Source of the DNA: Paraphysomonas bandaiensis
Taxonomy: Eukaryota > Protista > Chrysophyceae
Reading direction: 5' to 3'
Assembly: GCA_965644295.1 (NCBI GenBank)
Contig: CBFFRP010000204.1
Coordinates: 1-64,000 of the forward strand
DNA length: 64,000 bases
In this document: piece after piece, positions 1 through 10,442 of the stretch
Numbering within the stretch: position 1 is the first letter of the stretch
Layout: each line of letters begins with the position of its first letter
The notes under the pieces: generated by a model
Seen by the model: the letters and a program-made list of their open reading frames with translations, nothing else
Told to the model about the DNA's origin: nothing
Database searches by the model: none
Program-made: the position numbers and the translations under genes

Positions 1-340
1 GTCTTGTGGAGAGTGCTTCCTCAGTACGGGTGCACACTGCCTGACAGTCTGTGTGGCTTCTTATGTGTTCGGGAATGCGTGTTGAGAGTATAAGCCCCAT
101 GGCTGTGCCTATGAGTTCATATGCGTATGAGTCCAAACCTGGCACATCACGAAAGGGTGTATCTAGTCGTAGTATTATGGTTGTACCATCTTCCCAGGCA
201 TTTTCTGGGGGTAAGTAGACGACCGCTGCACCTCCTCGGTGTGTCCATCGTGTTCGCGGATTGACATGAGTGAGGCGACGCGTGGAGAGCGCACTGGCTG
301 TGTATGATCCATCTGTGAAGATTGCCTTGAAAGTATCTGG
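1..340 (-). other. RNase H domain of the non-LTR polyprotein (partial)
   Basis: Manual translation gives KAIFTDGSY...GGAAVV...SYAYELIG...HTDCQAV, the D-E-D catalytic triad. Absent from the ORF track because the frame runs off the window. Confidence 0.88.
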
Positions 341-3300
341 TTGGACGCTATTAAGGCCGAGTTCTTGTTTTAGATTGGTCAGCATGTGTTCATCCTGTGG
401 TTCGGGGGGCTCAGGTTGCTGAAGGGTAAGGCCCAATTCCGTTCCCCATTCCCTGAGGCTGAGAACATAGTGGTGGTATTGGGGCTGTGGCTCTGTTGTC
501 TGAGTGAGTAGAAAATGTGCTGCTTGACCTGCTTCTCCCCCGAGGGTTATTGCGCGCTGTAGAGATCCCCATTTTTGCTCCTGCGCCGAGTCTGAGAAAC
601 GTTTCATACCTAATCCGTTGTGCTTGAGTGAGAGGTAGATCAGTTCCGTGGGGTATCCAGGGCCTAGACTGAGGGCCTTTCTGTAGAGGGTTGCGCAAGC
701 AGCGTCAATTTCTCTGTACCAGTGTAGCGGCCATGAAGCTTTGGTGGCTCTATAGAGCAAAGTCGGTATGATTTGGGTCTCGATAACCATGACTTTACAG
801 CCGGCTGAGGCCTGTTTAATCCCTAGGTGTGTGGTCACGACTTTCAGGTATTTTAGACACCAATCATGGGAGGCCTTGTCTGTGATTGTGAGAGGAAGGT
901 CTGCTCCGAGGTAATGTATCGACTCTAGTGATGTTTGGATAGGGACTGGGTGTGGACGCCACGACCAGTCGTAGAGAATGATGTAGCCAATGGGGTCGGA
1001 GGACTTGTTGGAATCTTGTAGGATCGGAAACACTGTGCAAACTACTTTGGGGATAGAGAGTTCCATTCCCGAAAGTACGCAGAACGCAGATATTTGTTGG
1101 GCAATGAGTTGGGCAGCGTGTATGGATTTAGCTATTGTGTTAAGATCATCCGCGAAGGAGATCTTTATTTCGCCGGTAGTCGGAGTCGTGAGTTGAATAG
1201 TTGGTAACGTTGGACTCGTTGTTGACAGTTCAATGTCCAGCCACGTGAGAAGGATGTCGTAGAGTGCCACCCAGGCGCATGTGGATTCTGTGCCCCTTGG
1301 GTGATACCCCTTTCGGCTTCGAAACCCAGACTGAATAGTGCAATGAAGTGGCCGTCTGCGGACAGGAGGTCAAGGAGAGAACGTGGCTCTATGTTGTTTG
1401 CCATGAATGGTGTCCAGGGAAATGTTAGACCGCCGGCATCTAAGTTGCCAAACCAGTCAACTACATCGTCCGGAACGCCCAGTCGTGCCCACGCGAGACG
1501 CATGAGGTTAGGCGCAATTGAGTCGAAGGCCTTCTTGAAGTCCCAGAGTGTACATATATGCTGGTCGCCTTTTCGTCTTGCTTCTTCTGCAGCCGCGAGT
1601 ACCCTTAGTATCGCTGTGTCCGTCCCGTTCCTCCAGCGATAACCATGCTGGGACGGATGCAAAACTTTCTGTTCCTCCCATACGGTAAGAATTCTATGAG
1701 TGATTATCCTTGTTAATATTTTCCTACTGACTTCAAGCAGACCAATCGGTCGGAGATTAGTGAGGGAGGATTCTCCTGGTTTCTTGAGAATGGGAGACAT
1801 TACCCTGTCTCTCCACCAAATGGGCACATGTTTATGTTTCCAGAGAGATCTGGTGAGGATGTAAGCCTCTCGCTGAACTACCGGTGGCCAGGATTTGACC
1901 ATGTTGGAGGAGACCATTGAGGGTCCAGGCGCGCGGTTGAAGGAGAGAGAGTGAAGTGTGCAGTAGAATTCATCCTGGGTGATGTCTTTTGCAAGAGTAG
2001 ATTTGAGTGTGGCTGCCATGGCCGGAGTGGTCTTGGTACAAAGGGCCCGTCGTAACCCCAGTTGCAGGGGAAGAGGGATTTTCGAGCGGGGGTGGAGTGG
2101 TTCCTGGCATGTCGCTGAGCCCGGATCAAGAAGGGATTTCCACCATGTAGGGTCATCCTGGAGCTGTTGTGCTACAGGGTCAAGTCCAGGAGGTTTGGCA
2201 TGATGTTCACGGAAGTGCGCATTAATGCCTTCATGAATGTCTTGCGGTGTTGTGAGGATGTGTCCGTCAGTTGTTTTCACCGTGGTAAGTCGGAGTGGTG
2301 TTTTGACCTTGAGACCAATTTTCTGAAGAATTGCTTGAAGTCTTTTCTGCTGTAGCAGTGCCTCCATCTGATTGGTGCGAGCCGTGAGTCTAGTCCGCAT
2401 TTCTGTCCTGGCTCTTCCATGAAGAAGTCCTCTCAGTCGCAAGGCAATTCGGAGAAGGTTTTTCTTGGTGGCTTGCTTTTCGTTCCAACCCAGGATTACT
2501 CGTGGGTCCGCGTTGCGATGGCTGCACCAGAAGTTGATGTCTGATATGCCTTTGATGTGACCCTGAGAACTCCTGAGATAGGAGTCCCATCGGATGAACC
2601 ATGCAGTGATGATTTCGTGGGTGGGGGTGGTTGCCGGGGCCCGCGCCATCCATGCCGTTTGTATCCGGCAGAATTGAACATCTTTTGGATAATCCGCAAA
2701 ACCATGATCATTCCTTCCTGTATTACTCTCATTTCCGGGGAAAAGCCATTCTTGAACTTTGAGCGTTTGCGCTGACAACGTTCGTGTAGTCGTGTGCTAT
2801 AAGTACATGCAGGACGCTTCGCTTCAAGCGAAGCCTGGAGGGTTATGTGATGGATGGCCGCTAGTCTGTTGGCTGCCACCTCAGGAGGGAGTATGGCAGA
2901 CGATCCGTTGTCTAAATGTGGTAGTTGTGCATGAAGTTGGAGGAGTCTTGCGGTGTATGCCTGTACTTCCTTGGAGTCCTTCGGGTTTACATTGAGACGG
3001 GGGGGGATTCGGAGGTGCGACTCAGGTGGTCGAGGGTCAAGATTGACTGGTACAGTGAAACCGACCCAGACCGGTCGATGATCGAAGGCTGCTGCGAGTA
3101 GTGAGGGGGAGTCAAGGCAGCCAGTGTCCGTAACAGACATGTTCGGAAGTAACGGCGTGTGTAGAATATGATCGATCCGCGATATTCCTTTGTCTAATCT
3201 GTGGAAGGTATGATATGTTTTCCTGGGTAGGAGAAGCTCATGGAGTGGTGCAGCCAGTTGGAGTTTGTCGGCAAGTGGTCGTATGTCTCTGCCTTTCGGA

Positions 3301-6300
3301 TTTGTCTCCATGGAGCCATTGAAGTCGCCGGCGACAATGACAGTATGGTCCTTGGCTCTGGCTTTAGTGACCCATTTCGTAAGGATGTTGCATAGGAGCT
3401 TGTAGGGGTCAGCAGTACAGATACCACGGGACGCTCTCCCTAGCTTGGTCAATTTGCTCCATAATGTGCAAGAGCCTGGCGTGGATGGCTTCGGGGGTAG
3501 ATAGACGCTTATTAGTACTAGGGTGTGCGCCACCGACGTTTTGAACTCTAGTCGGCTCACTAAACCAAGTCCCGTAAAGTCAGCCTTTGTGAAGGCGAGA
3601 CGGCGCTTCCAGTATTCGCTGATTATGACTACTGTACCCCCCATTAGTGGGTCTCTTGAAGTCAGTTTTGGCTGCTTGCTGAGGAAGAGGCATATTCTTG
3701 ATCCCTGGATTGCATCTTCTATGATACGTGTGAAGAAGTTGGCCTGAGTTTCTGTTAGACGGACATCCTGTAATAGGATCACGTCCAATTTTTGCCGCTT
3801 AAAGTGTCGGATGATAGCTTGGACTTTGCCTGTGTGAGATGCCGGATTGCCATTTGTGTTCCATGTGGAGAGTCGGAGTCCCATGGCTGCTCCCGAGGGA
3901 GCCTTGGGGATGCTGCTGGAGGTCTCTGTAGGAGTTCCACTCTTGTCTGCAAGGAGTCTGTCCCATACTGCTTTATTGGCACCGCCTATGTCGCTGTCGT
4001 ACGCAGCCCTGGCTTGGATTAATATCTCAAGTGGCCAGCGTTGATCACACCAGTAATGATGCCCGTAGTTGATGAGAAGTTCTTCATCCTTAGCAATGGG
4101 ACGTATTGTACGGACATAGAGGCGTTTATTTTTCGTGACAAACTTGACATTAGCCATGTTTGTGGCTAGGGGGTCATTAATATACCCAGCTTCGCATGTT
4201 ACACATTGTCGGACTTGGTCAAAAAGCCATCTATTGCGAAGGTACCAGTACTGTCTTGAACTATGTAATCAGAACGCCTTGCAGACTGACTCAGCTTTGT
4301 TAGTGGATAGCGTTTGCCTTTGTACTCAGCAATGATGACGTCTGCTGGGAATGTGTTCTTCGCATAAAGGGATAGTCCTTTGGCAGTGTTATCGGCGTAC
4401 GCAATGTAGAACTTTCTTGACCAGTCCTTGTCCCAGCTGGTGGTATCAAGTGCTGGAGTTGGTCTGATCGTTCGTGTGGTCGTGGATTGGTGTGAGTTGT
4501 GAAGGTTCGTTGGTTGGTCACTTTCATCGTAATTTACGACCTTTTTGGCTTTCCGGGTTGGCTGGCATCGACTTGTCAACGCAGTTTGGGCGTGTTTCAA
4601 CTGCATCTTCTTGTGCGATGGTAGTGCTCCAGGGGTTGAAGCCTGCAGAATCTGTCGATTTGTTCGTGCTAGCTTGGTGCTGCTGGACGAGGTTGTTCTG
4701 GTGCTGGTCGTCTTTGATGTCCTATTGTTGTTCGTGATTGAGTCCGCGGGAAGTGTAGGTGGAGCGATGGGGTCAGACGTTGAGAGTATACTGGTGGCCA
4801 AGGTGTTTTCAAGAGATAGTAGGGCGTTGTCTAGGGCAGTAGAAAGACCGGCAGGGTCTAAGAGGAAGTAGTGAGCATCTTGTAGTATGACATGGTAGTA
4901 ATTATCACGAATAGCGTTCCTAAGTTCCTCCACCTTCCATGCGATGTTATAAGCTACTTTGTCAGTAGGGATACCTACAATGCTGAGATAATTACCATTT
5001 TGCGCCCACGTCGTGCAGGGGTTGATAGTAGAGGCTAAAAGGTGGACCTCTCGCACTGAGAGCCAGTGAGTTATGTCGTCCTCCGTAGTGTATGTTGTTT
5101 TGGCAGGTATTAAAAGTGCGGCCTGTGCGTGATCCAACTTATGTCGTAGTGGCTGAAGTGTGTGATGGGCCATGCACTCCCGTTGCATTGTGTCGAACGC
5201 TTGGGTGCCTAATGTATTTATAAAAGATGCTAGCGTGTGACGGTCCTTGCGTTGTTTGAGGTCTAATTTCAGACAGGAGCGAGTGTGTCGCCTGCTTGAA
5301 GCAAGAATGTGCAGATGATAGAGTGTGCTGTATGCGCAGTATCCATCACTTGGGATATGTTGTTGTGTGCGAAGGGCTGAGGGTCTGAGGGTGAGGCGAT
5401 AGACTCTGCTCATGTCGCACATATGGAGCCTGAGTTGTCGACGGTCCGTGGGGTTCATCTGCCGTAGTAGTTGACGTCGAGCTCTCGGTGACAAGGAGAC
5501 TGCAATTACTTCCCTCTGTTCCTGTTGCTCTCTTTGCTCATGTAGCATAGATGGTACAGTTGACGGTTCAGAAGTCCAGATGATGTTGGTGCTCTGTCTG
5601 GAGGTCTGGTGTTGTAGAAAACAGGATAGCCGCTCCTGAGTTCGTGTTAGAGCGTGCATGATGGAGGTGGGGATATTTGTTGCATTTAGTATGTGAAACC
5701 CATGCTGGCTGCGTATGATGTCATGGGTTACCACAGTGTTGGTAGAAGCGTGCACTGTTAGTGCCTGTCTGGAGAATGGTGATAGCTGTGCCCAACCAGG
5801 CGCCAGGTGCGGTTGAACAGCGTCCCATAGTCTGTATGGTATGGAGAGAAGATCGAGTAGCAGTTGGAAATCCTCCGTGTCTAGATGTAGTCCTGTGTGT
5901 GGATTCGAGGATTCATATTGCATAAGTGTCTTACGGAGAGTGACAGTGGCTGTTGAGGGAATACCCTTTGTCAGGCAAAGGGTCCGCACATGCCTAGATA
6001 CAACATGAGTGGAGTCTGCCCAGGGTTTGTTGCCATTCGCGAGATGCTGGGCAACTAGTAGGGCGCTGTGCGTGGTGTCCAATTTGTGCTCTGGTAGCGT
6101 GAATGATATCATGAGATCATAGTTGTCCGTCCTGGAAGCCTTGGCTATGAATCCTTCCCATATGTCTAAACAGGCAGGGGATAGCATGTGTGCGTATATT
6201 TCTTTTAAAAGGTTTCCCTGTGGGGAGGCAGCAATGGTTTGGGTTTCATCATATCTAACCCAGTTGTTCAGCAGATCGGAGTGAAAGGGCGTGTGACCCC

Positions 6301-7681
6301 GGCCCTCTGTGTAGTGTAGGGGGTATGTGGCAATATCCTTGGGCAGTACATCCGGCCTGAGGTCAGGAGTGGTAGTGGAGAGTGAGGATGGGCCGTCTGG
6401 GGCTAATGCTGGAGTTCCCATGGTGTTCAGTTGAGTAAGGTTGGTGGTAGGTGGCTTCCGTTTGACTGGGAAATAGTCAAATAACGTTGCATACGGTGTG
6501 GTGGCATCCTTAGTGGGTAAGGGTAATGTGTGGGTGGATTTGCTGGGTCCGTCACCGCTGTTATCGGAGGAGAATTCCTTCCCCTGAAGGGCGTGGGAGG
6601 GATGGTTGATGGACCTGGCACGGTGGACTCCTTGCATTCCCTTGGAATGACATTGCAACACATTTTGGAGACGCATGATGACGAGGTCAGGAATTCTCTC
6701 GAGTAGCGCGTGTAGTTCCAACTCCACCGGGTATTTGGTGTCCAGGAAGAAGTGATCGTTGGAGCAAAACACATCATAAGATGGAAGGAATTGAGTTTGT
6801 GGAAGGAAGGAGGAATAGTGGGTGGACCAGTACGCCCAGTAAGGGAGAGGCGATAGTTTGTCTGGGGGTTTTCTAGGAGGAGGTAGAGTGTACTGTGTGT
6901 GTGTATGACACTGCAGTGGTGTTATGAGTGTGTTGGACAGTGAGAGAGAGCTGGTGATGTGTCCAACAGTACAGGTAGACAGGTACGTGGACATGGTGAT
7001 GTGTCCAACAGTACAGGTAGACAGGTACATGGACATGGTGATGTGTCCAACAGTACAGGTAGACAGGTACATGGACATGGTGATGTGTCCAACAGCAGTA
7101 GAGGTATACACGGGATGGTATACATCCTGTAGGACACAGTAGTACAGTAGTCGAGTATACCGTATGCGGAATACAGTGTCTATCCAATGAGATGGATGGG
7201 CTGTGGGGGTGATAGGTGAACAGGGTGAGGGGGTAGCCTGCTGGGTGGATGGACCACAGACAAACCATGTTGGGTTGGGTTGAGTGGGCGGCAGAAGGCA
7301 GCCCTGTTGCACAGTTGAGAGGGATCGAGAGTATTCAGTGATTGCATAGGGGGTCCATGGGGGTCGTTTTCGTGAGCCTGCTCGCACGAGCCATGTTCTG
7401 AGAGGTTGTAGCCGTAGAAAGCGATGGGTGAGACGAAGTTGTCTGCTGAGGGGATAGCACGTAGGTGCGGTCAGCGCTGCATTGGTGCAGGCACGTGGTT
7501 TAACTGAAGTAGTTGAGTAGGGTGAAGGTTGCAAGGCCAGGCAGGGGGGCTTGGAGCGTGTACAACATGGTGTGACAGGTAATTTGTCGGAAGCGTGGTG
7601 GTCAACAAAATGCAGCAGTAAGGGAGTGTAAAAGGCCCTGGGCACACTGATGTGACTCAGCCACAGTCTCAATAGAGACAT
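1..7681 (-). CDS. Retrotransposon polyprotein OTU-SET-APE-RT-RNaseH (>2,550 aa after repairing 3 frameshifts; partial at 3' end)
   Basis: ORFs 4199-7681, 2496-4157 and 1165-2778, plus an open frame from ~1293 to base 1 (translated by hand, no stops), join by three -1 shifts at A5 4221-4225, G-runs ~2623-2640 and C4 1293-1296. Confidence 0.85.
860..1800 (-). other. Reverse transcriptase domain (non-LTR type)
   Basis: LRPIGLLEVSRKIL, QHGYR, WDFKKAFDSI, RGITQG, ISFADDL (1142-1162), HYLG; downstream LIYLSLKHNGLGM motif at ~610-640. Confidence 0.95.
3060..3880 (-). other. Apurinic/apyrimidinic-like (EEP) endonuclease domain
   Basis: LSTWNTNG, DVILLQD, ISVYLPP, VIVAGDFNG, SRIDHIL, FDHRPV motifs. 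Confidence 0.93.
4050..4415 (-). other. SET domain (lysine methyltransferase), split by a -1 frameshift
   Basis: KGLSLYAKNTFPADVIIAEYKG...YIV...AIDG / CEAGYINDP...NVKF...LYVRTIRPIAKDEELLINYGHHYW. Confidence 0.88.
4860..5365 (-). other. OTU-like cysteine protease/deubiquitinase domain
   Basis: HIPSDGYCAY (Asp/Cys loop), WLSVREVHLLA (W-x4-E-x3-LA) and ILQDAHYF (His) in OTU order and spacing. Confidence 0.72.
6952..7096. repeat. 42-bp tandem repeat, ~3.4 copies, in frame in the retroelement ORF
   Basis: Unit TGGTGATGTGTCCAACAGTACAGGTAGACAGGTAC(A/G)TGGACA; encodes VGHITMSMYLSTCT on the minus strand. Confidence 0.95.
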
Positions 7682-7892
7682 TGGGCTTGGAGCTGGTTAA
7701 TAGAGTGAAACTTTATGTTGGACTGTATTTGCCATCGTAGGGCAGAGAATTCTCTGTCCTTTTCTAACTAAATCAAATCATATATTAGTAGCAAGCTCAT
7801 CTTCTCATTATCATTATACTATGCCCTAGATTTCAGTACATAGTACATATATCCAGGAAATTATTGATGTTATATTTCAACAATATAATTAT

Positions 7893-8110
7893 CAGGGCTG
7901 CGTAACCATTTATTGTCAACTAATTGGCGCAGGTTGTCAATTAAAATTGCAATTATTACTTGTTGTCCCAATTTCAATTAATTGCAATTAAACTATTAAA
8001 CTACATACGTATATAGCTATATATTAGCTGCCAACTGCCAGTATAGCTCACTCAATTGTCGATTCATCCCAGAGGCGACATTTCACGCGTAAAAGTATGA
8101 GTAACTCTAA
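7893..8110. mobile_element. hAT terminal relic (same family as 53764-54869)
   Basis: Starts CAGGGCTGCGTA and aligns by eye with 53764-53945, including CCAGAGGCGAC...CGTAAAA. Confidence 0.7.
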
Positions 8111-8645
8111 ATGTACTCTTTCGCAAATCAGTCATACAAATTACAAATATTAGCTCTACTAAATAATCAGTCAACCTTATTCGTTGCGGCATGTAAGTGC
8201 TTCATGCTCCGCCATGATAATTATGTACAAGAACGAGCATATACATTTAAGAGCATAGTATAAAAAATCAAATATCCTTATAGCTGGTTATTACACCATA
8301 AGGGCTCTATAAATCTGTAAATCACTCGTTTTTGCTACATTTTGGTAATATTTCCACGTTCCTGCCACAAACAAATACAGAGGGCTGATGTGATAATATA
8401 CCTATACCATTCAGCAAAATAGTTATTATTATTCATTGCCATCAGAATGGGTAATCCTTTTACGGAGAAAAGACGAATTTAATTGCACATCTTATATAGG
8501 TTTGGAATGCAATGATTAGATAAGACAGCTGTACAACCGAAAAATCCGCACTCGTGTTGATCAGTATCAAAATGACAGACCGAGTGCACAAAATATAAGC
8601 TCTAACTGTTTCATATACACTAATAGAAATGCTTGACTTGAGAAA

Positions 8646-9521
8646 TCATTTAAAAGAGTTTTTCGCTTCACGAAGTGTTCTCATCGTACTAATTGCACAG
8701 TCACACTGAACCAGTCTCTGCGTTTCACTTAACCTACACCTCATAAATAAATTATATTCCAGCTCGGCTCCTATAGTAGTTGGAACGGTAGGTATTCCGC
8801 GATTCCTCATTTCCAAAGCCCGTTGGTAATAATTCTCCACAGCAGTAGGGTTAATAGCCATGAGAAACTTAAGATTAGATAAAGTGTACTCGTGTCCGCA
8901 ATAGACAAGAGTACGGGTATCTAAGTTAGAGAATATATCCATGTTATCAAGCATATCTTCTGGAGTACCTTCGAAGAACCTCCCGCACCCACCTACAAAA
9001 AGGGTATCTCCTGAGAACAATAGCGGTACTGTGTCCTCCATATCCATGCTTTCACTTGTCACGTAAAAACATACATGTCCTTTGGTATGACAAGGCGTGT
9101 GAATGACTCGGACGTGCAGGTCACCAAGGCTGAACGTATCTCCATCACGAACACTAACATCTCTGCCCGGAATACTCTCGTACCCAGTCCCATATACCTT
9201 CACATGTGGGAAAGTTGCTTTGAGTTCATTGTTACCGCCGACATGATCGTCATGTTTGTGCGTTGATAAAATATAGTCAATATTCGCCCCCTGGTCAATG
9301 GAATCAACAAGTGCATCCTTCACACTAGTTGCACACCCTGGGTCAACAAGAGCTGATGTATTCGTACGCCTATCAGTAATTACATAACAGTAATTGTCAG
9401 ACAGTACTGGTAATATGCGGACATCTGCACAACCCTTCATATTCACATCAGGCACCCGATAGGATATCGTTCTCGCTAAACCTAACGGAAATGAAGCTGT
9501 CCTGCATAATCGTGACAACAT
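8646..9521 (-). CDS. HAGH: Hydroxyacylglutathione hydrolase (glyoxalase II), probable mitochondrial presequence
   Basis: DNYCY, THKHDDHVGG, TPCHTKGH, FSGDTLFVGGCGRFFEG, CGHEYT, PTTIGAELEYNLFMR; Arg-rich N-terminus. Confidence 0.96.
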   Translation of the reverse strand: MLSRLCRTASFPLGLARTISYRVPDVNMKGCADVRILPVLSDNYCYVITDRRTNTSALVDPGCATSVKDALVDSIDQGANIDYILSTHKHDDHVGGNNELKATFPHVKVYGTGYESIPGRDVSVRDGDTFSLGDLHVRVIHTPCHTKGHVCFYVTSESMDMEDTVPLLFSGDTLFVGGCGRFFEGTPEDMLDNMDIFSNLDTRTLVYCGHEYTLSNLKFLMAINPTAVENYYQRALEMRNRGIPTVPTTIGAELEYNLFMRCRLSETQRLVQCDCAISTMRTLREAKNSFK

Positions 9522-10037
9522 TGCTGAATTACACGACTCACGGACACTGTATATATATCTTACGCATCTCTGTGTGCATCTGATAGATGCAGCGCATGCT
9601 GTATGGAGTTGTATGAATTCCTACTGCTGTGTATGCGATAGTATACCGTATACATCTGTAGGGGTATACTTCAGGGCACACCGCCTCCTCACAAACCATT
9701 TTCAATTTCAGATATATGATTCGTTCGTCAGCAAAGTATATGGAGACGATGTATATATATATGTATATACATCCCGTATCTGAATAATACACTGCGGACT
9801 GCACTGTCACAGGCTGTGTACGCTCCAATCATAGAACAGCACTCAGCAGCATGGGATCGTCCCTCACCATGCCATGCACAGCCCTTGCCCTGAGTGCAAT
9901 GCCCCGCTAATCTAGTTCTGATGACGACTTCTTCACATTGCAGATAGTTCCAACTTGAATGTTTACATGTCAAGAATAGCCGCCGCCATTTATATTGATA
10001 TGCTTCTTTAGACGCAGTGCTGTAAGCAGAGCTGATT

Positions 10038-10442
10038 ATGAAGCAGAAGAGTCAATCACAGTTCACAACTTTGCTTTCGAGTTCACGAAATGTGACTAAT
10101 GATGACAGATGCAGAATGCGACAGTATGTGGAGGGGTACTTGCAGTCTCGCACCTCTAGTGAGAAACTGTCACAATATAAGCATAGGTTTCCGAAAATGG
10201 CAGCGCGACTGGAGCAGCTGCTTTATCTGCAAGCTACCTCCATGGAAGAGTACATAAACCTGCGCACATTACATAACCGCCTCAAGATGATTGCTTCTTC
10301 AGCACCCAAACTCTCGTCCTTTTGTGGGACGCAATGTCAGCGAAGCTCACTCCGTGTAAACTCAAGGGTTAAGAAAGTCACAGTTCGCATCACTACTGCA
10401 CCGAATGCACCAGTATTCATATGTGAACGGGAAACCTCATAG
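10038..10442 (+). CDS. Small KIX-like (MED15/CBP KIX_2-type) domain protein
   Basis: R..MRQYV..YL...PKMAARLEQLLYLQATSMEEYINLRTLHNRL pattern. Confidence 0.65.
   Translation: MKQKSQSQFTTLLSSSRNVTNDDRCRMRQYVEGYLQSRTSSEKLSQYKHRFPKMAARLEQLLYLQATSMEEYINLRTLHNRLKMIASSAPKLSSFCGTQCQRSSLRVNSRVKKVTVRITTAPNAPVFICERETS

Larger units (their letters stand above)
1..7760 (-). mobile_element. Non-LTR retrotransposon (APE-RT-RNase H type) carrying extra OTU-like and SET domains; 3' end lies beyond the window
   Basis: APE, RT and RNase H motifs in order on the minus strand. The GC-richer element gives way to AT-rich host DNA at ~7760, so the 5' boundary is approximate. Confidence 0.93.

Noticed and set aside
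4215-4230. Programmed -1 ribosomal frameshift between ORF1 and ORF2
   Set aside because: GGCTTTTTG is not a canonical X XXY YYZ heptamer, the shift bisects the SET fold, and two similar homopolymer shifts occur downstream.
6952-7096. Possible CRISPR-like array
   Set aside because: Head-to-tail repeats with no unique spacers, eukaryotic context, no cas genes.
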